A DNA stretch of 64,000 nucleotides, taken from positions 1,920,001 through 1,984,000 of the forward strand of contig OY969100.1 of NCBI GenBank assembly GCA_963697895.1, in the 5' to 3' direction. The notes beneath the pieces are model-generated. The model worked only from the letters and a program-made list of their open reading frames with translations. It had not been told where the DNA came from and made no database searches. Below are positions 52,947-63,105 of this stretch, piece by piece (position 1 is the stretch's first letter; each line of letters begins with the position of its first letter). The DNA comes from an uncultured Methanomicrobiales archaeon. Lineage in GTDB: Archaea > Halobacteriota > Methanomicrobia > Methanomicrobiales > Methanospirillaceae. Both the position numbers and the translations under genes were made by a program.

Positions 52947-53644
52947 ATAATTCCGGATCCCTCCTGTTCTTCCAATACGTACCGGTTCAGAACCTTCAGT
53001 GTTCCTTCCAGTGAACCGTCACCAACCAAATCAGGCGCAATTCCTGCGTCCCGCATCACTCTGGCGGTGACATCCCCGATGGCCATCACGAGAAGGTCAG
53101 GGTTCCGCTTCCATATCGCCCTCCGGAAGGATTCCGCACTGGTGAAGAGGATTCCCTCCGCATCATGCAGTTCGAGTTCCTCGTCTGTCGGAATAAGTGC
53201 ATAACACCGGATTTCAACGGGAATACCCCCGGCTTGTGTGATAGATTCAATCAAAGCACTATTAGGCAGATCGGCCCGGGGTATACCTATCCGCTTTCCG
53301 TGTATCCATATTCCGAGATATGGTACAAGATCGCGCGAGTAAAAACTCGGCAGGATTTCACACGGGATACCGGCTCTCTCCAGGGCATGTGCCGTCTGGG
53401 GTCCGATCGCGATCACCCGGGGCCATTGGGGGAGCAACGGAGCGATGATCGCGGCAGGAAGGGCACTCGCAAAGAAAATACAATCAAATGCACCTTCAGC
53501 CACCATATCGACAAATACACGCACCCTGTCCTGATGAATGATAGCTTTGAGCGGAGACACACTAAAACACGAATGGCCGTATTTCGCGCAACGAACTGCA
53601 TCTTGAGCATCTTTCCCCTTTAAGCGGGTAACTGCAATCATCAT
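52943..53644 (-). CDS. hemD: Uroporphyrinogen-III synthase
   Basis: IAVTR, AIGPQTA, PRA, FTSA, AIGDVTA. Confidence 0.88.
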   Translation of the reverse strand: MMIAVTRLKGKDAQDAVRCAKYGHSCFSVSPLKAIIHQDRVRVFVDMVAEGAFDCIFFASALPAAIIAPLLPQWPRVIAIGPQTAHALERAGIPCEILPSFYSRDLVPYLGIWIHGKRIGIPRADLPNSALIESITQAGGIPVEIRCYALIPTDEELELHDAEGILFTSAESFRRAIWKRNPDLLVMAIGDVTARVMRDAGIAPDLVGDGSLEGTLKVLNRYVLEEQEGSGII

Positions 53645-53721
53645 GGGTTTCCAGATCCTTATCCGTGCACATTATTTATTTCGAATGATTTATCTTCATC
53701 CCTCCCGATTTTCCCGCTGAT

Positions 53722-54933
53722 ATGATAGGGGTCTTCATCGGAACACTCATTGGCGTCGTGATCGGCACGGTGAGCGGTCTTGTACCGGGAATACACGCCA
53801 ATTCAATGGCAGGGGTGCTCCTGGGACTGCAGGGCTTGTTTCTGGCATTCATAGGTCCGGATGCTGTTGCTGCAGCCCTCTTTTCTGCTCTGGTCACCCA
53901 TACATTTCTTGATATTATTCCCAGCACTTTTCTCGGTGTGCCGAACCCGGATACTGCGCTCTCGGTCCTTCCGGCCCATGCTCTGTGCCTGGAAGGAAAG
54001 GGGGAGGAAGCCGTTCGTATCGCGGCACTGGGAAGCGCGTGTGCAGCGATCATCGCGATTCCCCTGTCCGTCGTCCTTCTGGGTATAATACCTGTTTTAC
54101 AACCTTTTTTCGACTGGTGGATAGGTATTTTGATCATATGCGTCGTCGGGTATCTGATTGTCACCTGTGAGTCGGCCGGATGGGCATTGGCCGTCTTCAT
54201 CGTATCCGGTATTCTCGGTGTATTTACGATCCATTTCGGGTATGTCGGCTGGCATACCCTGGGGGCGTCGGGAATCCTGATGCCCCTCCTCTCCGGTATG
54301 TTCGGGATCTCGGTGATGATCTTTGCATCATCAGATCCCGTGCCGGATCAGCGGTTTTCCGGGATCCATATGGATAATCGCGCGATCAGGAAGGGAACTC
54401 TCCTTGGGACACTTGCCGGCACTGTCGTGGGTTGGCTGCCCGGGCTTTCGAATGCAACAGCGAATGCGGTCCTTGCATCTGTAGCAGGCTACGAACGGGA
54501 CAGACGTGGGTATCTCCTTGCTACGAGTGCGGCAAACACCGCGAATGCGTTCATCGGGATTGCGGTACTTTATGCCATAGCCCGGATGCGGAACGGTGTC
54601 ATGGTTGCACTGGCCGCAATTGACCCGCCACCCATGCAGGAGATGCTTATTGTCGGCAGTATCGCCGCTTGTGTGGCATATCTGCTCACCATCAGATTTT
54701 CAAGATCTGCACGTTTTCTGAACGGCCTGAACAGCCGGAACCTGAATTTTGCGGTGATCGGATTCGTAACCCTCCTGGGATTCATCATTGCCGGGCCGTT
54801 CGGTCTGTTAATATTGCTCCTTTCTACCCTTGTCGGGATCGTCCCGCGAATGGTCAATATTCCCCGGGTTTTTTGCATGGGTGCGATTATGCTTCCGGTC
54901 CTGCTCTATTCCTTCGGATTTGCAGCGATCTGA
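53722..54933 (+). CDS. Tripartite tricarboxylate transporter TctA-family permease (archaeal stand-alone type)
   Basis: Repeated motif GLVPGIH / GWLPGLS, IPSTFLGVP, multiple TMs. Confidence 0.85.
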   Translation: MIGVFIGTLIGVVIGTVSGLVPGIHANSMAGVLLGLQGLFLAFIGPDAVAAALFSALVTHTFLDIIPSTFLGVPNPDTALSVLPAHALCLEGKGEEAVRIAALGSACAAIIAIPLSVVLLGIIPVLQPFFDWWIGILIICVVGYLIVTCESAGWALAVFIVSGILGVFTIHFGYVGWHTLGASGILMPLLSGMFGISVMIFASSDPVPDQRFSGIHMDNRAIRKGTLLGTLAGTVVGWLPGLSNATANAVLASVAGYERDRRGYLLATSAANTANAFIGIAVLYAIARMRNGVMVALAAIDPPPMQEMLIVGSIAACVAYLLTIRFSRSARFLNGLNSRNLNFAVIGFVTLLGFIIAGPFGLLILLLSTLVGIVPRMVNIPRVFCMGAIMLPVLLYSFGFAAI

Positions 54934-55046
54934 TCCGCTGGCAACCATAACCCCGAAGGGGATTGGTGAACAGGTGGCGGAAAAGACTGATTCTATGAAT
55001 CCAACTCGGGTTCATTATATAATAATCCACATGCAACGATCGAGTA

Positions 55047-55914
55047 ATGCCAACCTACTGGTTTGGAGATGCAGGTGAACAGGGCTGTGTGCCTGTTGCC
55101 CGGGAGCTGGAAGCACGTGCGAGGCACATGAAATCACGTATAGTCTTGAGTAAATCCTTCACGCCCCTCGAATGGCATCAGGCGGTATCATGCGGGGTAG
55201 TGAAAGATCGTGCCGATTATCTGGACCAGCTGCGACAGCTTTGTTTCCATCTGGCAGAGCAACGAATTATCGCATACTGTCGGGGTCGCGATATTGAACT
55301 GCTCCAGGTGGTGCGTACCCTTGATCAGCTGGATGAGGCGATAAACCTCCTCACCGGAAGAGCTGTTGAATGGTACCGGACCAGAAATCCCTCATTCAGC
55401 CGAAAGTACCGGTGGCTCCCCGGAAGGAAAATGGTCGAAACTATGAAGCGGGATACATTCAGGGACGCTCAGACAGTTTAGCGAAGAGATCGACCGCCTC
55501 TCGGATCTCCGCCGTACCCTGATGTATGAGGTATCGGGAAGGGCAGAACAGGTACTCCCCAATTGCAGCGCTCTCATCGGTGGCCTGGTGGCTGCCCGTC
55601 TGATGGAACGGGCAGGAGGTCTCGAGCCACTTTCCCGAATGCCTGCGAGCGCCATACAGGTCCTCGGGGCCCGTTCAGCACTTTTCTCTCATATGAGATC
55701 CGGCACGCCGCCACCAAAGCATGGGATAATCTTCCAGCACCGTCGTGTCCATTCGGCAGGAAGGGATGTCCGAGGAAGGGTTGCACGCATATTGGCGGCA
55801 AAACTCGCCATCGCAGCCCGGGTTGATTACTACCGTGGGGAACTGGCACCCGGGTTTGTAGCGAAAGCACAGGCGGCCATTGATCGTGCAGGGGTGAAAA
55901 ATGCACTGGATTGA
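55047..55914 (+). CDS. nop5: C/D sRNP protein Nop5 (Nop56/58), +1 frameshift at ~55466
   Basis: RAVEWY, PNCSALIG, MPASAIQVLGA, PPKHGIIF, RGRVAR..AAKLAIAARVD. Confidence 0.92.
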
Positions 55915-56510
55915 GGGGGTGCTCGTGTCTCCGGGTGAACCGGGCGTCTATGGGGAAAGAACATTACAGGGTTACCGTGTATGGGATCCATACCGGAGCA
56001 AACTTGCGGCTGTTTATCATCTCGGTCACGGAGTTGAACTCGATGTGACCATGAGAGTTCTCTATCTTGGGGCCGCTCACGGTACCGACCGTTTCCCATG
56101 TCGCAGATTATTCAGAATGCGTATATGCCATTGAATTTGCTCCAAATCCCATGCAGGATCTCCTGATGGTCGCGCAAAGGAGGAGGAATATCATCCCGGT
56201 CATGGCGGATGCGGCCCATCCCGAAGAGTATGCCGCCCTCGTAGAACGGGTTGATCTCGTGTACCAGGACGTGGCGCAGACGGACCAGGCCGAAATAGCA
56301 ATTAAAAACGCCATCTTTCTCCGCGACGGGGGGAAATTTATTCTGATACTGAAAACGCGAAGCGTGGATGTGCGAAAAGATCCAGAAGAAGTACGGAGTG
56401 AGGCAAGCCAAAAACTGATAAATGCTGGTTTTTCCCTCGAATCCGAATTCTGGCTTTCACCGTACCATCAGGATCACGCGGTCCTGATTTCCTCCGTAAA
56501 CCGGGAGTGA
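55901..56510 (+). CDS. flpA: Fibrillarin-like rRNA/tRNA 2'-O-methyltransferase, +1 frameshift at ~56086
   Basis: YGE, WDPYRSKLAA, LYLGAAHGTTVSHV (after repair), NIIP, YQDVAQ, PYHQDH. Confidence 0.93.
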
Positions 56511-56663
56511 ACGCTTTTGAGGAGTTGTCCCATTCACGTATCGAAAAATGTCATAAAATCGAGTTATGCCTGCATCTGGTAGACAACCCCTCTTTTCGGG
56601 AAATACCGAGATTCGATGTTTTATTGAACGGGCAGGATGATCCCGGACCAGAAATAGCGTGAA

Positions 56664-56736
<73 letters not shown>

Positions 56737-56787
56737 GCACCTCTCATTTTTTGCTCGTATGTCCTCATTAAAGTGACTGTTGGAAGG

Positions 56788-57513
56788 TTATACGTCCCGG
56801 GATCGCGAACACCCTCCGCACTTATTGCACACTTCCTGAATCGGTTGGATATATTCTCCCTTACCGCAGAACGGTTCTATGTCGTTGATGTCACGCAGGT
56901 AATAGATGTGCGGAACCAGGGAGATGTGCGTATACGTTCCACAGGGAATACCAAGCTGCCCGGCGATGTGGTTCTGTAAAGATACAAGGGCGTACATATT
57001 GGCGCCGGCCGCCGTAAGCATGTCGTTACTCCGGAAAACGGCCTTCATCCGAAGAGTCCCATTACGTACCAGACATTGTATCAGCTGAAGACACGGGCAT
57101 TCGTCCAGCAGCTCATCGATAACCGGGTTCCAGGTGATGGCAATCGCCCTCCGGCTGACCGGAGATGCAGAGAGTTTTTTCACGATGTATGCAATCTGGT
57201 CGATCCGGACCTCCTTCCCACCTGTGGAAAGCCGTTCTCCCCAGGCAAACAGTCTTCCATGGTAGTCGTATTCGAATACAGCATTTGAGCCGTGAATGAG
57301 ATCCTCTGCATAACGCTCCATAAATTTCTGGCCAAAACGGGAATGAGGACTAACCATGGGCTTCCCGAGCGGAGTATCTATCTGCATGGCAACGGAATCT
57401 AACTCTACCGTTGCCTCACCATCTTCTGTCTCAAGAACCTCTCCCTTTTCGAGAAGCATTTTTACCACCAGCTCATGTGCCCTTGCAATGTTTGGTGCCC
57501 GGATAACCCTCAT
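56788..57513 (-). CDS. thyA: Archaeal thymidylate synthase family protein
   Basis: YDYHGRL, SRRAI, PCLQ, FRSND, HIY. Confidence 0.9.
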   Translation of the reverse strand: MRVIRAPNIARAHELVVKMLLEKGEVLETEDGEATVELDSVAMQIDTPLGKPMVSPHSRFGQKFMERYAEDLIHGSNAVFEYDYHGRLFAWGERLSTGGKEVRIDQIAYIVKKLSASPVSRRAIAITWNPVIDELLDECPCLQLIQCLVRNGTLRMKAVFRSNDMLTAAGANMYALVSLQNHIAGQLGIPCGTYTHISLVPHIYYLRDINDIEPFCGKGEYIQPIQEVCNKCGGCSRSRDV

Positions 57514-57808
57514 GATTCAAAGGGTTTGAGAGTACGGATTAAAATAGATGAGCAAGTACTGACCGACCAGGTGCATCCGGTGATCCGGGATTGCAGTAGA
57601 ACAAACGGAAGATATTTGCGGACAATGCGTGAAATACGGATCATCCGGGAATACCCCTGATATCCCTGTGCGCGTGGGAAGATTCCCCCGGCGAACATGC
57701 ACGAACAGGTTGGCAGGGAGGGGGGGTGAGGGGTTTCTCAAAAACGCGATAAACAGCGCTGATCACGCTGACTCCGCAATTTTTTCCTCCTTCAGGGGGT
57801 CTTCATGA

Positions 57809-57957
57809 CCAAAAAGGATATATCAGGTGTTTCACTAATATTGATTCATATTCCGTTATTCGGAGTATGGAGCACTATGAACCGGGAATCGACAGGTGTC
57901 GAACCGGTTGATATGCATTTGGATTGAACGTTCCACATTTGGACATGAGTAAGGAGG
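57809..57957 (+). promoter_or_regulatory. S-layer gene promoter (BRE/TATA-like), structured 5' leader and SD
   Basis: CCAAAAAGGATATATC at 57809-57824, hairpins at 57847-57869 and 57880-57909, AAGGAGG at 57951-57957. Confidence 0.55.
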
Positions 57958-57966
57958 ACAAATACG

Positions 57967-60546
57967 ATGACTAAGCGATTAAGCCTTGTCGTGATCGCAT
58001 GCCTCGCACTACTGGCGCTGCTCATTCTGCCGGCGTCAGCAGCTTCGGCGGTGGCGACGGTCCCGGCAGGCGGAGATGTATTTATCGGCGAACAGGGCCT
58101 CGATGTTACGGCCTGCGTCGGAACTGCAACAAGTCTTGCATGGTTTGCCGCAGGGAGTGCCCCGGCAACCGATGTACCCAACTATGTATTGACGATCGGC
58201 GACCCGGCCAATTTCTATGTGGCCCCCTCGACCTTCGTCGGTAGAACCGGCAACTGGTATCAGTGGTCAGGTTCATCCCCGGCGGGAGCTGCGGCATTTA
58301 ATGCACTGGACCCGTCCATGGACCTCAAAGTCTGGGATCAGGGTACAAACAAGGATGTGTCTGGCAAATCGGTTGCACCGGGAGAATTCCTGAACTTCCG
58401 GGTCGAGACCAACCTGTATACGGTCGCACAACAGCGGAGCCCCGCAGTGGGGATCTTCACGATCAAGGTGAAGACCGCGGATGGTGCGGTCTATAATGCA
58501 CTGTACCAGTCAACGGACACTACCATCACGCTGCTGGGAGTCAACATCAGCGCTCAGCCCGGCTACTGGGTAACCCCGCCGCCACCCCTGAATGCAAACG
58601 GATGGAACACCGGGGTTGTTGATAACGCGGGAACCAAGATCTACAAGGCAGGGACCTACAGCTGCACCGTTGAGTCAAACGTCAACGGGATGAAAGACAA
58701 CTACAAGGCACCTGACGGATCCGACTACACCGGCAAGACCATTTCGGGAGTCCGAACGGTCAACATCGCTACCGACACGGTAGCCATCGAGGCCAGCAAG
58801 GACTCGGTTGTGAAAGGTAACCCGTTCTCGGTCACCATCACTGGCAGGCCCAGCACCCCCTACATCCTGTGGGTCAAGGGTACCGGCCAGATGACCGGTG
58901 CCCCACAGAACCAGCCGCCGTTCATCCTGTCGAACCAGGAAGGACTTCTCCAGGATCCCGTCAATGGACCCTATAACATCGGTGGCTACCAGTTCCAGGG
59001 CGGCGCAGGCCGGACGGTCAAGCAGGACGTTCCCGCTGTGCCAAGCAACGGTACTATCTACTATGGACTGGTGACCCTGAAGGACACAGGCGTCCGCACG
59101 ATCGGCTGGCAGTCCACCCAGGATACCAAGGACCAGAAGTACACCATCCGTGTCGAACGCGGACCGCCGGGGTCGAATGGCCTGCCTGCGATCTTTGCAA
59201 ACGTCACGGAGTACAAGTCCGATGAAGTGGATGTCACAATAGAGAAGGGAACGGTCACGGTCGTAGCGGCCGGAGACCAGAGTTACTACCTCGGTGCGGA
59301 AGTCCAGTTGTCCGGTACGAACTCGGAGACCGACACGGTCTACCTGTTCATCACGGGACCGAACCTCCCGGTTGCCGGGGGCCAGCTGACCAACCCGAGA
59401 GCACCGGTCGTAGATGGGGATCCCACAACATTCACCACCACGTCCGTGCTCGATGACAACACCTGGAGTTACAAGTGGCAGACGGCAAACCTCAACGTCG
59501 ATGCAGGTACATACACGATCTGGGCGGTATCAACCCCGAATAACCGGGACAACCTCGGAAACACCCAGTACTCGACTGTATCGGTCATCATCAAGAAGCC
59601 GTTCGTGTCTGCAACCACCTCCGCATCGACCGTCGCCGCCGGTGACAAGTTGTATGTCCGCGGTGTTGCAGCCGGTCAGCCCTCTCCGGGAGTCGCCATC
59701 TGGGTTCTCGGAAAGAACTATGCAAGCTACAAGACAACGACCGTGAACTCTGACGGCACCTTCTCGCAGGAGTACACCTCGGGAGAGACGTCACAGCTGG
59801 CAAGCGGCCAGTATTTCGTCGTCGTCCAGCACCCGATGTACAATGACGTATTCGATGTGTACCCGTCCGGGCAAATATTCCCAGGCGGACCGTCGGTATT
59901 TGTCCAGAGCACGTACCCGACCCCCGGAAGCAACGTCTTCCAGTTGACCGGTCCGGGCAGTCTCCAGGGATCTGACGCGGCAGAGGCACTCGTTACCGCA
60001 CTGAACAACCCCAGTGTTGACGATACCTATACCAAGCTCCAGTTCCTGATCGACACCCCGACGATCAACATCTTACCGATCCCGCAGCAGACGGTAGGCG
60101 ACCAGTTTACCATCAAGGGAACAACGAACCTCGCGGTTGATGACGAGATCAGCGTTCAGGTAACCTCCTCGTCCTTCCAGCCCACCCAGAAGACCCAGAG
60201 CGGGGAATTCAGCGGTGCCAGTGGCACGGTAAAGGTCGTGCAGGGAACGGGCGGATTGAACACCTGGTCATTCCCGGTCGATTCCAAGAACTTCCAGCCC
60301 GATGAGTACATCGTGGATGTCGAAGGCATCACCGTGACCGCATCCGCAACCGCACTGTTTAATGTCGTTGCATATGTGCCGACCACGGTTCCGACCACGG
60401 TTGTTACGACCGTCCCGGTTACCAACGTAACCACCATTCCGACCACCATACCCACCACGGTACCAACCACTACACCCGGATTTGGTGCATTGATTGCCCT
60501 GGTCGGTCTTGGAGCAGTTGCATTCCTCGTCGTGAGGAAGCACTAA
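57967..60546 (+). CDS. Major S-layer glycoprotein (Methanomicrobiales type; DUF3821-like N-terminus, PGF-CTERM)
   Basis: Signal peptide, VFIGEQGLDVT, VVQHPMYN, LQGSDAAEAL...DDTY, Thr-rich linker, PGF + TM + RKH, several NxS/T sequons. Confidence 0.92.
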   Translation: MTKRLSLVVIACLALLALLILPASAASAVATVPAGGDVFIGEQGLDVTACVGTATSLAWFAAGSAPATDVPNYVLTIGDPANFYVAPSTFVGRTGNWYQWSGSSPAGAAAFNALDPSMDLKVWDQGTNKDVSGKSVAPGEFLNFRVETNLYTVAQQRSPAVGIFTIKVKTADGAVYNALYQSTDTTITLLGVNISAQPGYWVTPPPPLNANGWNTGVVDNAGTKIYKAGTYSCTVESNVNGMKDNYKAPDGSDYTGKTISGVRTVNIATDTVAIEASKDSVVKGNPFSVTITGRPSTPYILWVKGTGQMTGAPQNQPPFILSNQEGLLQDPVNGPYNIGGYQFQGGAGRTVKQDVPAVPSNGTIYYGLVTLKDTGVRTIGWQSTQDTKDQKYTIRVERGPPGSNGLPAIFANVTEYKSDEVDVTIEKGTVTVVAAGDQSYYLGAEVQLSGTNSETDTVYLFITGPNLPVAGGQLTNPRAPVVDGDPTTFTTTSVLDDNTWSYKWQTANLNVDAGTYTIWAVSTPNNRDNLGNTQYSTVSVIIKKPFVSATTSASTVAAGDKLYVRGVAAGQPSPGVAIWVLGKNYASYKTTTVNSDGTFSQEYTSGETSQLASGQYFVVVQHPMYNDVFDVYPSGQIFPGGPSVFVQSTYPTPGSNVFQLTGPGSLQGSDAAEALVTALNNPSVDDTYTKLQFLIDTPTINILPIPQQTVGDQFTIKGTTNLAVDDEISVQVTSSSFQPTQKTQSGEFSGASGTVKVVQGTGGLNTWSFPVDSKNFQPDEYIVDVEGITVTASATALFNVVAYVPTTVPTTVVTTVPVTNVTTIPTTIPTTVPTTTPGFGALIALVGLGAVAFLVVRKH
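60376..60474 (+). repeat. Degenerate coding tandem repeat ([VI]PTT)n of the S-layer linker
   Basis: CCGACCACGGTT repeated; peptide VPTTVPTTVVTTVPVTNVTTIPTTIPTTVPTTT. Confidence 0.8.
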
Positions 60547-60552
60547 ATCTAC

Positions 60553-60571
60553 ATTTTTTTCACGTTTTCTT
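60553..60571 (+). terminator. Oligo-T terminator after the S-layer gene
   Basis: T7 tract followed by TTTTCTT just downstream of the stop codon. Confidence 0.55.
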
Positions 60572-60825
60572 ACCGCAGATCTCTCCGGTGACTTAACCGA
60601 TAATTCTCGAATTAAGGTCTCGGCCGTTTCAATACGAAAAGGGGCCGCGATCCGCTCTTTGGCCTTTGCCTTTTTTGATTATCTCCAGACGTGGAGCATT
60701 ATTAAGGGAGACTGCATATATTCTGGTCTAAGAACTTCCATCGAATCTGAGAGATCGGGGATCGTAACGGCACGGTGAATGATGCAACTCATTCGGTGCG
60801 TTTGCTCGAGATCACGGGAGAACAC

Positions 60826-62355
60826 ATGAAGCTGAATGCAAAACTGATGGATATTGCGACGCGGGAAGTCCTGCTCAATCGAAGCGATGCGGCGGAAATT
60901 GGTGTGTTAATGGGGGATCGGGCACAGATCCTGAATCAGGCGAACGGGGTCTCTGTAGCCGCCTTTGTGGATACCACCACATCCCTGATTCCCAAAGGGA
61001 CCATCGGCATCTATCTGGAAACAAATGGCCGGCTTTCAGTTGTGGATGGCGCCACCGTCGAGGTACGAAAGGCGGAAAGTCCGGTATCGCTTGCGTACAT
61101 CCGGAAGAAAATGGACGGCGGCCGGCTCTCCAAGGAAGAGACGGATGCAATTATAAACGATGTGGTCAGGGATAACCTGTCTCCAGCCGAGCTCACCGCG
61201 TATATCACCGCCAGTTATATCAATGCATTGAATATGGATGAAGTGGAGCACCTGACCCGGGCGATGGTGGACACGGGCGACCGGCTCACGTTCCACGCTC
61301 ACCCAATCGTCGATAAGCATTCGATCGGGGGTGTCCCGGGGAACAAGATATCGCTTCTTGTAGTCCCAATCATAGCAGCTGCCGGTCTGAAGATCCCAAA
61401 AACCAGTTCCCGGGCGATCACCGGGGCGGCTGGAACAGCAGACCTGATGGAGGTGCTCGCCCCGGTTGAATTTTCAGCGACAGAGGTCGAGAAGATGACA
61501 CTCCGGGTCGGAGGTGCGATCGTATGGGGAGGTGCAACCAACATCGCTCCTGCCGATGATCGAATCATCATTCAGGAATATCCCTTCAAGATCGACGCCC
61601 GGGGACAGATGCTGGCAAGCGTGATGGCGAAGAAGTCAGCAATCGGGGCGGATCTGGTCGTGATCGATATCCCCATCGGATCTCACGCGAAGGTTTCGGA
61701 TATCCAGGAGGGGAGAAAGCTTGCCCGTGAATTCATCGAGCTTGGCGATCGCCTCAAGATCCAGGTCGAATGTGCTCTTACGTATGGCGATTCCCCGGTC
61801 GGGAGAACAATCGGTCCTCATCTGGAGGTTATCGAGGCATTGAAGGTTCTTGAGGGGGCGAATGAACCGAACTCCCTGATCCAGAAGAGCGTAGCCATCG
61901 CCGGAATGGCACTCGAGATGTCGGGCAAGGCCGCAAAAGGAGCAGGATCAGAGGCCGCACACGAAATCCTCAGAAGTGGAAAAGCACTTGAAAAGCTCCG
62001 CCAGATTATTGAGATACAAGGTGGCAACTCAAAAATTACCTCAAATGACATCACCCCGGGACAGTTCACCTTTGTCGTGAATGCTCCCGCAACAGGGTAT
62101 GTGATCGAGTTGAACAACTCATCTCTCGTCAGCATCGCCCGCGCAGCAGGTGCACCACATGATCCGGGAGCGGGGATACTCCTCCATGCCAAGAAAGGAA
62201 ACAGGGTGAAGGCGGGTGAACCGATATTCACCATTCACGCGGACCGGAACTGGCGCCTCCAGAGAGCGGTTGAAGAAGGCAGGAGCCTTATGCCGGTGCT
62301 GGTGGAGGGAATGCTCCTTGACCGGATACCCCATGAGATGCGGTGGGAAGAATAG
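60826..62355 (+). CDS. AMP phosphorylase (archaeal thymidine-phosphorylase family)
   Basis: [43 protein letters not shown]. Start placed at MKLNAK. Confidence 0.94.
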   Translation: MKLNAKLMDIATREVLLNRSDAAEIGVLMGDRAQILNQANGVSVAAFVDTTTSLIPKGTIGIYLETNGRLSVVDGATVEVRKAESPVSLAYIRKKMDGGRLSKEETDAIINDVVRDNLSPAELTAYITASYINALNMDEVEHLTRAMVDTGDRLTFHAHPIVDKHSIGGVPGNKISLLVVPIIAAAGLKIPKTSSRAITGAAGTADLMEVLAPVEFSATEVEKMTLRVGGAIVWGGATNIAPADDRIIIQEYPFKIDARGQMLASVMAKKSAIGADLVVIDIPIGSHAKVSDIQEGRKLAREFIELGDRLKIQVECALTYGDSPVGRTIGPHLEVIEALKVLEGANEPNSLIQKSVAIAGMALEMSGKAAKGAGSEAAHEILRSGKALEKLRQIIEIQGGNSKITSNDITPGQFTFVVNAPATGYVIELNNSSLVSIARAAGAPHDPGAGILLHAKKGNRVKAGEPIFTIHADRNWRLQRAVEEGRSLMPVLVEGMLLDRIPHEMRWEE

Positions 62356-62539
62356 GGCTGTACTCGCTTTTATGAACACTTGGATCAAGAGAATCCCAAT
62401 CTGATCGTCGTAAAACCCTGCGGTCCTCTATGAGCCCGGATCGCAGATGTAACCGCAAATAGGGTATTTAGGTTCTGATGGAGAACAGACGCTATCGCGG
62501 GGATTGAGGGGGCGAATTGGATAACCCCCGATAGCACAA

Positions 62540-62611
62540 CGGACCCAGCGGGAATCGAACCCGCGTCCTTGGGTCCGAAGCCCAAGAGGATGTCCTCTAC
62601 CCCATGGATCC
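62540..62611 (-). tRNA. tRNA-Arg(TCG)
   Basis: GGATCCA/TGGGTCC acceptor stem, loop CT-TCG-GA, GGTTCGATTCC. Confidence 0.93.
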
Positions 62612-62667
62612 GTCATTTCGTTTATCATCCAAGATATTAAGCATTTTCAACCGCATTGATCTGTCAT

Positions 62668-63105
62668 ATGATCCTGTCATCTCAGGAGATCTGCAGACGC
62701 CTTCAAAATAATGGGGAGAAAGATAGCCTCATTATCAGGCCTTACAGCGAAGAATGTCAGCAACCGGCATCGTATGATCTTAGAATTGCTGACAAAACCC
62801 TTCTTTCACGGGGCGTATGTACTCTCGTTTCCAGTCTGGAGTGGATACAGCTCCCTGTTGATCTGGCGGCAACAATCCGCTGCCGATCTTCCCTCGGGAG
62901 AAGAGGCATTTTAATCACCGGAGGGTTTGTCGATCCCGGGTTTCGCGGTCAGCTGACCCTCTGTCTGACAAATCTGGGAGTGACCGAGGTCGTCCTCAAC
63001 CAGAATGATCGCGTGGTGCAACTGATCCTGCAGGAGGTATCGTCGGGTGTTCGCGGGTATGAAGGACGGTATCAGGATAGCACAGGCGTGGTGAGGGCAA
63101 GATGA
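62668..63105 (+). CDS. dcd: dCTP deaminase/dUTPase family protein
   Basis: QPASYDL, RSSLGRRG, GFVDPGFRGQLTL, YEGRYQ. Confidence 0.9.
   Translation: MILSSQEICRRLQNNGEKDSLIIRPYSEECQQPASYDLRIADKTLLSRGVCTLVSSLEWIQLPVDLAATIRCRSSLGRRGILITGGFVDPGFRGQLTLCLTNLGVTEVVLNQNDRVVQLILQEVSSGVRGYEGRYQDSTGVVRAR

Noticed and set aside
5826-56510. Mass pseudogenisation or programmed frameshifting of sepS, frhA, frhB, nop5, fibrillarin and others
   Set aside because: Each gene has exactly one indel and no other decay, several are core functions, there are no slippery heptamers, and the indels cluster at AGCT/GTAC or homopolymers. Sequencing error is far more parsimonious.
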